From contig OX597820.1 in assembly GCA_951406725.2 (NCBI GenBank), positions 118,296,001-118,360,000 of the forward strand: a stretch of DNA of 64,000 nucleotides. Direction: 5' to 3'. Source of the DNA: Octopus vulgaris (lineage: Eukaryota). A program made the position numbers and the translations under genes. Of the stretch, positions 27,045-41,090 are shown piece by piece (the stretch's first letter is position 1; the number at the start of each line of letters is the position of its first letter). Below the pieces are notes generated by a model. It ran no database searches and was not told the origin of the DNA. It worked only from the letters and a program-made list of their open reading frames with translations.

Positions 27045-27340
27045 CATCATCATCATCATCATCATCATTTAACATCCGTTGTCCATGCTGTTATGTGTTG
27101 GACGCTGTTACCAGAACTGGCAAGCTGGTGGGGGTGAGGAAAACTGCATGATTTCTACGCCTGGATGACCTCCCTACCGCCAACTATTTTGCAGATTGGG
27201 ATGATTGCTTTTACGTGGCGCCGCATGAGCGATTTTACGTGGAACCCCCACGAGTGTTTTACACCACCGGAAGGATCGATCTTAACACTTCTGCTGCGGG
27301 GTACGGCCCTTCTTGAGGTACGGGTACACAACACCACCCC
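27045..27340 (-). mobile_element. Non-LTR retroposon 3' end with (ATG)n tail
   Basis: (CAT)n followed by TTTAACATCCGTTGTCCATGCT..; family not resolved. Confidence 0.45.
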
Positions 27341-27496
27341 ATACATACACATATGCGTATTTGTGAGTTTGTATGTGTTACTGTTGGAACCCGTATTCTT
27401 TAATAAAGAAACGTAATTACAAGCGGAGACGTTGCATTAGACTCGTAAACACACAAGACACACAGACACACAAACAGAATGCAGATATAGTTATAA

Positions 27497-28012
27497 CTAG
27501 CAGTATCGCCCGGCGTTGCTCGGGTTTGTAAGGGAAATAACTATATAAGCATTTTTAGAGAGTTACTTCCCTTATAGATGCCAATTCGGGCTTTCTTAGC
27601 CATTTCTGTTTTTGGTGTCTTCAAGCCATGAAGTCGTTGTTCTAAAAGAACGCTGGTCTCCTTGACAATGCTTTACGACGTTGATTTCCTTACACTCCCT
27701 TCCCCACAGCTTCACGAGGGAGGGAAGAAGGGGGAGAAGCAAACACAGGTGCAGGTGTGACCATGGACGCCAACTCCGCCGTCATCGACACACGAAAAAT
27801 TATGCATTAAAATGGAATAAAAAATGATGTTAAATTATTTTAAAAATCGTAGACTCATCGTAGACGCGCGCTAATACGCAGACGGGCTCGATATGAATCA
27901 CGACTATAAGATACCCGAATTTGGTTAAACTGCACCGCAAAATGTGGGAGGAGTTAGGAATCTAAATCGAAGGGGACAGACACTCACACAACTACAGTTT
28001 TATATATATAGA
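27497..28012 (-). mobile_element. Non-autonomous Helitron
   Basis: Reverse complement of 46872-47384; TC..hairpin..CTAG ends. Confidence 0.9.
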
Positions 28013-28773
28013 TATTTTAAAAGACAAAGCGAAAGATAGGAGGAAATAAAAAATAACGCGATTAATAAAACAAAATACAAATGGAATAGGCATTGTTGAA
28101 TGATTACAAATAGTTCCTGGTTTAATTTGTGTTGGTAAATGTCTGCATTGGCACTGAGAGATATTTTTATATGTAAGTCTCCAAGATAAACGGAAAAGTC
28201 CAATTTACCATAGATATCGCTATCGATAAAAATACAGCCGCCGTATACAGATTTTGTTTCATGACTGTAATTATAGAAAGAAGAAAAAAAAAAAAGACTA
28301 ATTTATTTTGAGATGTGTAACGAAACAGGCCCAAGATAAAATATGTTACACGCTCACGAACACACACACACACGCACAAATAGACATACAAACGCAAACA
28401 CATACTCACACACACACACACACACACACAATACTTACATATCTATGTATATTTATGAGCGTGACTTCTCCCCTGTTTGAGGTCGTACGGGCGCCATCTT
28501 ACTCTGCAGCGTATCTTGGGAATTTTAAGATTGGTGCTGCTTATTCCTCTGCGCTAACACGCACCAAAATAAATACGGAAAAACAAAACCGTTTAACTCC
28601 AACTTAGAAATGTGCTGACCAACTGACCTCTGCATCTACCTACGTCCTTTGAATATCTCTTCGACCATCGAACTACAATAACTGAAGGTAAGTGTTAACT
28701 GCGTCGATATCACCAATCAAGGAAAGTGTGCGAACATCAAAACGCTCTCTCTGTCCATATATATAAGGAACGA

Positions 28774-28848
28774 TCGTACTGATGAGCCTACGGACGAGGG
28801 ATTACGTAAGTGATTCATTTGTTAGTAGGCGAAACCGCCGGTCTGCGA
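28774..28848 (+). ncRNA. Type I hammerhead, canonical, extended stem II
   Basis: TCGTA-CTGATGA-GCCTAC...GTAGGC-GAAA-CC(GCC)GG-TC-TGCGA; stem II capped by a GUAA tetraloop; GUC triplet. Confidence 0.9.
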
Positions 28849-29324
28849 GTAATTCTTGCTTTTTATATAATTTTCATCTGTCTTGCCCGCATATTGTTCT
28901 GGTGTCCGCTGAATTTTTCTCTAGAGAACATTCTTTTCTTTGTAGTTTGATCGTAGGTGATCTACTTCTAGCATACGGCTGACCACTTAGTGGTGTTTTA
29001 TTCCTTTAAATATACACATGTATTTGAATTTTCTCTGATTTTTCAGATTTTTGTATGCTAGGCTACTGGTTTTAAATTGATATTAATTAAATTAATATTC
29101 AATTTATCTCCCTCATTATTTAAATGTTAAAATATATATGTTCTCTAATAGGCAGCATTAACTGCAGTAAATTATATACTGCAGATTTTGTTTCCGGAAT
29201 TTTAGCGCGCCAGAACTCAGACATTTGAAATTAACCCCAATGTAATCGGGGAAACTAAGCACGTGTCTGTTTTTATACGGAAAACAGGTAGTTAGTTTTA
29301 CAAATTATATTACCTGTGGAACGA

Positions 29325-29398
29325 TCATACTGACGAGCCTACGGACGAGGGATTGCGTAAGTGGTTCATTCGTTAATAGGCGAAAATTAGGTCTGCGA
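29325..29398 (+). ncRNA. Second hammerhead copy, stem III damaged
   Basis: CTGACGA-GCCTA...TAGGC-GAAA-ATTAGG-TC-TGCGA. Confidence 0.7.
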
Positions 29399-29503
29399 TT
29401 AATTCTTGCCGTTTATATAATTTTCATCTGTCTTGCCCGCATATTGTTCTGGTGTCCGCTGAATTTTTCTCTAGAGAACATTCTTTTCTTTTATATAACT
29501 ATG

Positions 29504-29601
<98 letters not shown>

Positions 29602-29803
29602 GGATACAGTCACAAAGATTAAGCTTTCTAAACTGCCCTGAAATAACATCAAGAACAACTCCTAGTTAGAAATCTTTTAAGCAACCAAACTCCCCACGAA
29701 CTACTTCCTGTTGTGAATTTTAAAGCACAAGATAAGCAAATTTCTATATTAAGAACACAATGACATAAAGCTGATACACCTAAATAAACAAACCTAATTG
29801 CAT

Positions 29804-29893
<90 letters not shown>

Positions 29894-30095
29894 GAAAATT
29901 GCTGTTAATACTCGATTTCCAAAGGAGAAAAACTACGTATTTAAATTCTCAGTAGATTGAGCAGAGAAAATGAATTTATTTATTTATTAAAAAATATAAT
30001 TGACTTCGTCAGTTTTGATTCTATTTCTGCCTTAAAGGATTCGTTTCATGAGTGTCTTTGACATTGAAGTGTTTTGTCCAAGAACTAGAGTTTTG

Positions 30096-30135
<40 letters not shown>

Positions 30136-30169
30136 GTTCCTGTTGTTCTGTCTGCCTCTGTCTCCTTCA

Positions 30170-30256
<87 letters not shown>

Positions 30257-30294
30257 TTATCTACATATCTAGCCATCTATCTACTCTCTCTCTA

Positions 30295-30359
<65 letters not shown>

Positions 30360-30380
30360 GTCTATCTGTCTGTCTGTCTA

Positions 30381-30412
<32 letters not shown>

Positions 30413-30450
30413 TCTATCTATATATATATATCTGTCTATCTGTCTTTCTG

Positions 30451-30511
<61 letters not shown>

Positions 30512-30593
30512 TTATCTATCTATCTTTTTCTCTCTTTCACCTTCTGTCAGTCTGTCTGCCTATTTTCCTGTCTGTCTGTCTTTCTCTCTCTCA

Positions 30594-30715
<122 letters not shown>

Positions 30716-31959
30716 TATATATATATGTATAATACACACACACACACACACTTGTTAATGCACACTTATCTGAATATACATGTATATATATATATATATA
30801 TATATGTGTGAGCACGCGCATACACCTAGTATTCCATTATACTTCCAGTAATCCCAACAGCAACAACAAGAGCTGGTTATAACAAATGGCTACAACAAAC
30901 AATAGCGGCAACATCAACGACAATACTACGTTGAAATATACAGCACAACAACAACAACAACAAACAGAAAGAAGAACATTTTTGCGCAAAGAAAAACTTA
31001 CAAAAACAGCTGCGTTCGTAGAATTACAAGCCAAATGCGAACTTAAGTGTAGCGGACAACAAAAATTGTAGCTGCTATTAGTAAATAGATCAGAAAGTAT
31101 AGAAAGGAAAGTCTATCAGTCACTCACTCAATCGAAATAGATATGATTGTAAGTTTTGTCTATTATAAAAAAAAATAATAATAAAGAACGAATCTCTGTA
31201 TATTTACCGTTTCTGGTATTTATGCCAGACCATAATAGATTGCTTGTGACAGCAGACACTCGAGCTACCCAGCTTAAGTTATTGTTTTTGAAATAATAAT
31301 AGTAAAAAAAAAAAAGAAAGAGAAAGAATATTATTATATGTATTGAATGTTAGTAAACTGTGATGGTAAAATAGATAAATTAACGGGCAAAGAATCCGTC
31401 TGAAATTGATGCTTAGTTTCGTTGTTTAGTCCTGGGTCAGCTCTGATCACCGACCATCATCACCTGCATTATCATTCTCCTCTTCCACCTCCTCCATCAA
31501 CTCCTCCTTCCCCTCCTCTTCCCCTCCTCTTACACCTCCTCCCCCTCCCCATCCTCCTCTTCCACCTCCTCCATCAACTCCTCTTTCCCCCTCCTCCTCC
31601 TCCCTTCCCTCTCCCCCTTATCTTCTCCCCTCCTCTTCTCCCCCTCCTCCTTCCCCTCCTCTTCTCCTCTCCTCGTCCCCCCTCCCCATCCCGCCTTCCT
31701 CCTCCTCCTCCCCTCCTCCTCCCCCTCCTCCTCCTCATCATCATCATCATCAACCCCTACACATTGTTATCTCGAGTCCCGGGACTCATTTCCACACGAA
31801 CAAAGCGCCGGTCTGTCACAGAAATGAAGTGTTTTGCTCAAGAACACAACGAGCTGCCCGATCCAGGAATCAGAATCAAAACCGCGATTTTGCTATCGAG
31901 AGTGCGACATCCGAACCACTGGGGCACATGCCTTCAGAAATTTCTTGGAAACTTTTAAC

Positions 31960-32824
31960 ATATCACTTTATTAACAACTAAAAAACAACAAAGAACAATC
32001 ACTCCAAAAGGTAATCACCCTCGTTATGGGTCACCTTTTGCCATCTTTCAGGTAAAGTTTTGAATCCTTTCATCCAGAAATCGTGTGGCTTTGAATCAAT
32101 AAAGTTGTAAAGGAACGATTTCACATCTTCGTTTTCAAACTCTGTATCGCCAATCGCGCGTTGCAAGGCAGAGAATAAGTGGTAGTCAGAAGGAGTAAGG
32201 TCAGGAGAATACGTAGGGTGCACCATTATCTTCCAGCCCGCCTCCTTCAGCTTTTCTAACGTCTTCTTTGCACGATGTGCTGGTGCGTTGTCTTTGTGGT
32301 AAATTATCTTCAAATTTGAGCGTTTTTTCAGCCAGCGTGACCTTTAGACGGTCGACTTGTTCACAGGAGACATCCTTGTCAACGGGGTATTGTGTAGAAG
32401 ATCCAACATCATCACACTACGGCAATCCCACAAAACTAAGATCATAACCATCTTTTGCACAAGCGGTCATTTTTGGCGAAGGTTTTGGCTGTTGACCTTT
32501 ATACACCAGGATCGTCTGCACCTCACGTTGGAGTACAGTACCCAGTTTTCATCCATAGAGATTACTGGCTCCAACCAATCGAATCTTCGGCTTCGCCAGA
32601 GTAAACTTTGAAATGCAGTGACACGTGCTTGTTTGTTCGCTTCAGTCAATTCATGTGGCACCCATTTTCCAAGCTTGCTGACCTTGCCGGGACGATGCAG
32701 GGGGTTAATGATCGCGGCATGGGAGACGCCAAACTGTAGCGCCAAGTTGACGGGCAGTTTGCATTGGATCGGCTTCCATGACTTGCAACAATGACTTGTC
32801 CAAGAACTTTCTTACCAATGTAAT
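31960..32824 (-). mobile_element. Mariner (DD34D) relic, internally deleted and frameshifted
   Basis: WVPHEL, MDENWVLY, HKDNAPAH, HPTYSPDLTPSDYHLF; TIR-like TATTACATTGGTAAGAAAG at the 5' end. Confidence 0.9.
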
Positions 32825-32867
32825 ACATACGTACATACATGCATACATACATACTTACTTACATACG

Positions 32868-32905
<38 letters not shown>

Positions 32906-33011
32906 AATTATATATATAGATGTATATATACATATATATATGTATATATATATATATATGTGTATATATGTATATGTATGTGTATGTATATGTATACTAT
33001 GTATATAGGTA

Positions 33012-33077
<66 letters not shown>

Positions 33078-33078
<1 letters not shown>

Positions 33079-33480
33079 CTATAAATAAGGGTATCTGAGA
33101 GACACCACCATGCCGAAATAGCAGTCAAATCCCTGTCTCTAAAAACCACCTTAAATGTTCATATCGCATTATGAGATAAGACAGAGGGACAAAATAAACC
33201 AGCAAAAAGATATTACTGAGTAATTTAAGATCCTGGATTTCTAGCTTTGCTTCAAATAAGTTCTGCCTTCATCAGTTGAATATATCAGATGGGCACATAA
33301 ATACAAATATATATATACAGAACACACGTTATACTTACATATACGAACGTCCAAATACATATACATACACGAACGTCCAAATTGGCGGGCAATTTGAACT
33401 GGCCTTGTACATACGTGCATATATATGTATGTATGGACGTTCGTATATTGTGGTGTCTCTCAGATACCCTTATTTTTGTA
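33078..33480 (-). mobile_element. Short pLTR-like element with an inverted terminal copy and HHR
   Basis: 26-bp inverted repeat 33083-33108 / 33450-33475; abuts (TA)n. Confidence 0.7.
33223..33281 (-). ncRNA. Type I hammerhead
   Basis: ATTCAA-CTGATGA-A-GGC...GCT-A-GAAA-TCC(A)GGA-TC-TTAAAT; AUC triplet. Confidence 0.7.
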
Positions 33481-33563
33481 TGGTATTTATTCCCATGCTG
33501 GCCACTTGATAATATCGATATTTAGATATCGATATTATCCTTATTTATAAATTTATCTATCTA

Positions 33564-33629
<66 letters not shown>

Positions 33630-33642
33630 TAATATATATATA

Positions 33643-33865
33643 TAGGGAGGGTTTACGAAAGAACAAAGACCAAGACAGGTGGTGTACAAAACAAACAGAT
33701 GTATTAGTAAAACGCTCAGGAATAGAAAAAGTGTTTTACGTTTCGAGCCTACGCTCTTCTACAGAAAGGGACACAGAAAAAAAGGAGAGAAGCAAGGAGA
33801 GAAATAAATGTGTGTAGTGGCTAACGATCTATCATGTCGACTGACTGCTTGACAGAAGTGACTGT
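33643..33865 (-). mobile_element. HHR-bearing short element, CUGUNGA family (core CTGTAGA, motif 33733-33768)
   Basis: Minus: CTTT-CTGTAGA-A-GAGC(GTAG)GCTC-GAAA-CG-TA-AAA; TA flanks. Confidence 0.75.
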
Positions 33866-33894
33866 ATATATATATATGTATATATGTATGTATA

Positions 33895-33950
<56 letters not shown>

Positions 33951-34078
33951 TATAATTAAGGGCTAAAGAAGGTTATTCTAAAGTCAATACACTGATTTTT
34001 CCACTTATAATCCACTTGTTACAGGAAAATTGAACTGAAAGCGGGCAACTAACCTTTAGAAAATTTTAATTTCGTTAT

Positions 34079-34128
34079 CTCTATATTGAATCAATTTCGG
34101 AATTAATCCCTATTCTTCTTCAGTAGAG
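34079..34128 (-). ncRNA. Type I hammerhead (short stem II copy)
   Basis: CTCTA-CTGAAGA-A-GAAT..ATTC-C-GAAA-TTG(ATT)CAA-TA-TAGAG. Confidence 0.8.
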
Positions 34129-34556
34129 CTTACGAGGGAATATAAATAAAATACTCACATGTGATCATGGAAAAAGCAGAAGCTAAAAACACAACTACAT
34201 TTAAGTACATCATTTATATCTAAAAATAAAAATTCCTTGGTCAGTCTCAGAACAACGTGTTGACCTATCGCCGCTACATATTGTAATGGTTACCGGTCCC
34301 CTTGTAACAAGCAGTGAGTTTACTACTAACAATATAGGATGAAGTCCCTTTCTCTACAGAGAAGGATTCCATCGAAAAGCGTGGCAATATATTAAAAAAA
34401 AACCTGTACGGTTGAAGTATAAACATCTTATAATTAAGGGCTAAAGAAGGTTATTCTATAGCCAATACCCTGATTTATCCACTTATAATCCACTTGTTAC
34501 AGGAAAATTGAACTGAAAGCGGGCAACTAACCTTTAGAAAATTTAAATTTCGTTAT

Positions 34557-34617
34557 CTCTATATTGAATCAATTTCGGAATTAATCCCTATAAAGGATAC
34601 ATTCTTCTTCAGTAGAG
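34557..34617 (-). ncRNA. Type I hammerhead (extended stem II copy)
   Basis: Same core; stem II extended by ATCCTT(TAT)AGGGAT. Confidence 0.85.
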
Positions 34618-34738
34618 CTTACGAGGGAATATAAATAAAATACTCACATGTGATCATGGAAAAAGCAGAAGCTAAAAACACAACCACATTTAAGTACATC
34701 ATTTATATCTCTGTAGAGAAAGGGACTTCATCCTATAT

Positions 34739-34778
<40 letters not shown>

Positions 34779-34780
<2 letters not shown>

Positions 34781-35141
34781 GGCGCGTGGCTCAGTGGTTA
34801 GAGCGTCGAGCTTACGATCGTGAGGCTGTGAGCTCGAATCCCGGACCGGGCTGCGTGTTGTGTTCTTGAGCAAGACACTTTATTTCACGTTGCTCCAGTT
34901 CACTCAGCTGTAGAAATGAGTTGCGACGTCACAGGTGCCAAGCTGTATCGGCCCTTGCCTTTCCCTTGGACAACATCGGTGACGTGGAGAGGGGAGGCCG
35001 GTATGCATGGGCGACTGCTGGTCTTCCATAAAAAAAATAAAATAAAAAAAAACAAAAAAAAACAACCTTGCCCAGACTTGTGCCTCAGAGGGTAACTCTC
35101 AAGGTGCAAACCCATGGTTAGTGTCTGACCGAAGGGGGTCA
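34779..35141 (+). mobile_element. tRNA-derived SINE family D (V/Meta/CORE-like central domain)
   Basis: A-box TGGCTCAGTGG, B-box CTCGAATCC, then TGTGTTCTTGAGCAAGACACTTT. Confidence 0.8.
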
Positions 35142-35151
35142 CTATACACTA

Positions 35152-35210
<59 letters not shown>

Positions 35211-35340
35211 TATAATTATATAAATATATTTATACTGATGTATATTTTATGTGGTGATTGACGATTTAAGTCTATTTCTCAGCATATTGGCATAGAAATA
35301 TTTTCTTTTGCTCTTATTTATAATTATTTATAATTTTCAA

Positions 35341-35393
<53 letters not shown>

Positions 35394-36207
35394 TTATAAA
35401 TATAAATATATGTATCTACATAGGTTTGTGTATATTCATATATTTACATACAAGTGTTTATTTACAGATATATTACTCATACATCTTTGTGTATAAATAT
35501 ATATGAATATTTTTATATACATGCGTATAGATACATACACATAGACACACACATCGGAGACAAAAACACACACGCACAAACAAGCCACCTACCCCCATAA
35601 ATTTCATACAAGATTTCCACTTGCGACAATAGAAGACTGAAATCTATTAAATATATAACAGCGATTCGTCTTCCTATCTAAAGTAATTCTATTATCTAAA
35701 ATATATCTAAACCGTAAATTGCTACTCTTAGACCAACACAATTCCTATGAGGCACAATACAGTGACTAATATATAAGTATAGCGCAGAATAGATTAGAGA
35801 GTGTGTTGCTTCGATTTATATAAAATAGTAAACACGAACGGAAATAATCTCTTCCCTATCTATAGGAAATTATTTCTTATCTATAGGAAATAAATTAGTC
35901 TTTAGATCATGTTTCACAACGATTTATATAATTTACCTGCTTTATTGCAGGTCTTTATGTTTTGGATATTTTAAATATAAAAAAGGAACAGGTCTTATTG
36001 TAGTTATTTTGTAATTATTTTCTATGTATAGGAATCTTTCTAATCGTTGAATGTGCCAAGTATATTCTGATAATTTCACTTTTCAGTTGGTAGATTACCA
36101 GTTTTATCGAGTTTAAAAAAAAAATAATATTTAATAAAGATTCTATTCACTTCCTTTCCTTACTTCACTTAAAACACTCGTTGTTTCTCTTATATTCTCT
36201 TCTATCC

Positions 36208-36246
<39 letters not shown>

Positions 36247-36263
36247 CATCTATCCATCTATCC

Positions 36264-36313
<50 letters not shown>

Positions 36314-37063
36314 GTAAATGTGTTGTATGTTTTATAGGCATATATCCATATATGCCTGTTTATGTATACGTTTATATATATATAATATTCATGTATATAT
36401 GTATTTATGCATATATACTCATGCGCACAAACACACACATATATCCGTCTCGAAATTCTCTTTTTACCTATTACCATTATTTTTAACCTCCCCCCCCATC
36501 CTCCCCTTCACTATCACTGCCATCACATTCTGTCCACTACAATAATATCGATTTTTGCATCTATCAAAACATACAGTCAAACCATTTCCTGAAATACAAG
36601 AACTACCAATATTAAATGCAGCTCTGTTCGCTTCCATCTCCTCATCTGATCATTAGCTATTACCGCTTTTGCTCTGACCCCTATGAAACAAGATCTTTTT
36701 ACACACCTCGAGTTGTAGCTGTCGGTTCCAATTTTTTCGATAACACATTTTCGCCAATAATATGTCTAAGGATAACTGGAATTGACATTTTTACTCAGGT
36801 GCTATCGGCACGTTCTTATTAACACTAAAGCTTGTAGTTCCGATATATCATCTGGAATGCTCCGATTGGCCATTCTTGGTCTTTCTTTTTCTTTATTTCA
36901 TTATTTATTTCTTCTTACATCTATTACACCTTCATTCCTTTACTTTCTTTTCATTCCTACCTTCCTTCCTTTCCTCCTCTCTTTCTTTTTTCTTTCTTTC
37001 TTTCCTTCTTTCTTTCTTCCGTTTTCTATTTCTTTTTTCTTTCGATTTTTCTCACTCTCCGTT

Positions 37064-37130
<67 letters not shown>

Positions 37131-37135
37131 CTCTA

Positions 37136-37176
<41 letters not shown>

Positions 37177-37200
37177 CTATCGATATATATGTATATTATA

Positions 37201-37332
<132 letters not shown>

Positions 37333-37354
37333 GATATATATATATATATCTATA

Positions 37355-37504
<150 letters not shown>

Positions 37505-37548
37505 CATGTATCTCTCTCTCTCTCTATCTGTCTATCTATCCATGTATT

Positions 37549-37591
<43 letters not shown>

Positions 37592-38117
37592 CTATCCTTC
37601 TCTCTCGGCCCTCTCTCACCTTACTATTTCTTTAATTTCCCACGTTTTCCCTCATTCCACCATTTCATACCATTTCGCTGACAGTCCTTTTCACTCATTT
37701 CTTTTTAGATCCAATTTATTCCTACAATATTCCATCTCTTAACTCTGTCATCATGACAATATTAATCGCAAATACTCTGCCATATTCTTCTTCTTCTTCT
37801 TCTTCTTCTTCTTCTTCTTCTTCTTCTTCTTCTCTTCTTCTTCTTCTTTTTTTTCTTCTTCTTCTTCTTCTTCTTCTTCTTCTTCTTCTTCTTCTTCGTC
37901 TTCGTCGTCGTCGTCCTCTTCTTCCCCTTCCTCCTCCTCCTCCTCCTCCTCCTCCTCCTCCACCACCACCACCACCACCTCCTCCTCCTTTTCCTCCAAA
38001 CAATGTTTACGAAGGTAGCGAAGAATACGGAGATCTGTATTTATATGTGTGCGCCCACGTTCGAGTTAATCTGACGACGAATGGTCTCCGCTGTTTTTAC
38101 CATTCAGTCCCAGGAAA

Positions 38118-38860
38118 AAGCGATGAGTTGGCAGAAATTGTTAGGACGCTGAGCCAAATACTTAGCGTTACATTCTGAGTTCAAATTCCTCCGAGATCAA
38201 CTTTTTCTTTCATTCTTACGAGGTCCATGCAATAAGTACCAGTTGCGTACCAGGGTCGATGTAATTGACAAACCCTTCCCCCATAAGCTGTCGGGTTCTT
38301 TTTGCCTATAATAGAAACAATGTTTTAGCTCCAGGAAAAAGGCGGCGAGTAGAGAAAAATGTTAGCATTCCGGATAAAATGTTTAGCGGCATTTCTTCCG
38401 TCTTTACAGTCTCTGTTCAATTTCCACTGAGGTCGAGTTTGTCTTTTATTCCTTCGGGGTCGATAAAATAAGTATCAGTCGTGAAGTGGGGGTCGATGTA
38501 ATAGTCTAGCGAACCATACCCCCAACATTTCTGGTCTTGTGCTTGTAGTACAAGGAAAATATATTTAGTCCCTGGAAAAGGTGGTGAGCTCGCAGAATCG
38601 TCCGCGCGTCGAACAAAATGTCTAGCGTTTTTTTTCTTCCGGCTCTTTATGCTAAGGTCAGCTTTGTCCTTCATCTTTTCGGGGTCGATAAAATAAATTA
38701 CCAGTCAGGGGTAGGGGGGGTCAATGAAATTGACTTAAACCCTCAACCATTTACTTTTTTTATCGACCCCGAAGGGATGAATTCAGAACACAGATACGGA
38801 CGAAATACTGCTAAACATTTTATCCTGAATACTAATGATTCTGACAGGTCGCCGCCTTAA
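38118..38860 (+). mobile_element. Cluster of diverged family B SINE copies
   Basis: Three plus-strand heads plus one short minus-strand fragment. Confidence 0.7.
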
Positions 38861-39098
38861 TCGTTTCAATTTGTAATGGCTTGAAATTTTAATGGTTTGT
38901 AACTTTAATGATTTCAAATTTAATGGCTTGAAATTTTAATGGCTCCACATTTTAATGGCTTGTAACTTTAATGGCTTCAAATTTTAATGGCCTGTAACTT
39001 TAATGACCTCAAATTTTAATGGACGGCAAATTTAACGACTTCAAATTTTAATGGCTTCAAATTTTAATGGCTTGTAACTTTAATGGTTCCAAATTTTA
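38860..39098. repeat. Minisatellite, ~17-18 bp unit TTTAATGGCTT(C/G)AAA
   Basis: About 13 tandem units. Confidence 0.9.
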
Positions 39099-39099
39099 G

Positions 39100-39303
39100 A
39101 ACAAGACTAGCAATTTCGGGAGAGGGGCTATGTAGATTACATCGACTCCAGTATTCAACTCCAGTATTTATTGAGTCCGATTGGATGAAAGGTAAAGTCG
39201 ACTCCGGTAGAATTTGAACCCGGAATGTAAAACGCGGACGAAACGCCGCTGAGCATTTTGCCCGGCGTGCTAACGTTTCTGCAAGCTCCCCACTGCCGCC
39301 GCC
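39100..39303 (-). mobile_element. SINE family B
   Basis: Reverse complement of the family B head and Nin-like domain. Confidence 0.75.
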
Positions 39304-39352
39304 TTGATAATAACAACAACAACAACAATAATAGTAATGATAACAATAATAA

Positions 39353-39459
<107 letters not shown>

Positions 39460-39492
39460 GCAACAACAACAACAACAACAATAATAATAATA

Positions 39493-40030
39493 ATATAGCC
39501 AGGCTTGTCCATTGGACACTTTGCAACAAGTATGGACTTGACAGAGCAAAAAATTGGTATGACCACATACCTGAAGGCATCGTTGAAAATAGGAATGCAA
39601 AGATCCTATGGGAATTTGTGATTCAGAGAATAAGAAGCCAGACATAATCTTAATTGAGAAAGAAAACAAACTATGTTGGATCATAAGATATAGCATGCCC
39701 AGCTGACAACAAGGTATGTGATAAGGAAGAAAGAAAAGTCGAGAGATATGACAGGTTAGCTTGGGAAGTTAAACAGTTGTGGTCGATGAAAAAGGTAGCA
39801 GTAGTACCAATAATTGTCGGAGCCCTGGGAACAGTGAGCAAAAATCTCGAGAAGTACGTGGAACAAATAGGGGCTGCAGTAAGTGTGGAACACAGGAAGA
39901 AAAGAGCACTGCTGGGAACCGCTCGAATACTCCGGAAGGTACTTGAAAAATAAGGGGTGTTACCTTAGTTCACTGGTAGTGAACAGCTGACACTGTAGTA
40001 CATCTCTGGCGTTAGAAGCTATGCAAAAGC
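39493..40030 (+). mobile_element. 3' fragment of an R4/Dong-like retrotransposon in (TAA)n
   Basis: IARLVHWTLCNKYGL..ILWEF..PDII..DIACP..VPIIVGALG..LLGTARILRKVLEK*; (TAA)n on both sides. Confidence 0.9.
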
Positions 40031-40104
<74 letters not shown>

Positions 40105-40116
40105 TAACGATAATAA

Positions 40117-41090
40117 TTGGAATTGACAATGAAGATTGACACAATTGGCCTAGACACCTACCTGAAAAACTCTGATGAGTGGATATTAAAGCTTGTCTCA
40201 AAGTATGAAAACAAGAAAGCATCATACTCAGTAACAAAACAGGCAAATTGGATATCTAAGTGAATTCCAAATACAACAAATTCCAGAATTAGACGTACTA
40301 GAAACAGGCACAGAAAAAGCTAAGCGTATGAAAAGTCATGCTAAAACCGCTGCTTAGATATTCTTACTGATAAATGGCAAGAAAAACCTCTCAATGTTAA
40401 ATACCCAAAGAGAGCTAATAATGTCGAATAATGGTTAGTGGCTCCTGGCTTAAAATCAGAAACAGAAGGGTTTATTATAGCAGCCCAAGATCAATGCCTA
40501 CCTGCAATAAACTACCAGCCCAACATATTAAAGAACCGCATGTGCCCAACATGTCTTTTATATTAACAACTAAATGAAACCATTGATCATGTCTCCATGT
40601 GAAGTCTTCTTGCGCCTACAGAGTATCTCAACAGGCATGATAGAACAGCACAATATATTCACTGGGTAATATGCAAAAACCTGGACTTGCCTCATGATAA
40701 AAACTGGTGGGAACACAAACAACCTCCAGTGCTTGAAAATGATCACATCTCACTCCTCTGAAACTTCCCCATTCAAACTGACAGATAGATGCGAATAGGC
40801 CTGACATTATATTGAAAGACTTCCTCATTGATATGACTGTCCCTGTCGATATAAATGTATCGGTCAAGACCTACCAAAAACTGAGCAAGTATAAAGATCT
40901 TGAAATAGAAATTAGCAAAATGTGGAACCTGAAGACTAAAGCAATACCTGTTGTTATAGGTGCCCTAGGAATGATAGCAAAAGGGGCTGATTGCTACCTA
41001 GCTCAGATACCAGGAAACCCCAAAATAGTAGAATTTCAAAAGATTGTCCTCATGGGAACTACCCATATCCTACGTAAAATACTGTCTCAT
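40117..41090 (+). mobile_element. Second, different R4/Dong-like fragment (degenerate)
   Basis: LKSETEGFIIAAQDQ, RHD, RPDII, IDMTVP, KLSKYKDL, IPVVIGALG. Confidence 0.9.

Larger units (their letters stand above)
28767..29491 (+). mobile_element. Retrozyme-like / tandem-pLTR element with two HHR-containing direct repeats
   Basis: Direct repeats 28767-28941 / 29318-29491; no ORF; TA flanks. Confidence 0.8.
33947..34742 (-). mobile_element. Retrozyme-like / tandem-pLTR element (478-bp period) with a short 5' inversion
   Basis: Direct repeats 33947-34221 / 34425-34710; 34708-34742 is an inverted copy of 34328-34362; (TA)n on both sides. Confidence 0.85.

Noticed and set aside
40172-40180. CTGATGAG motif (also near 24271, 19705 and 45360)
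   Set aside because: No stem II/GAAA arrangement; two of these lie inside LINE coding remnants
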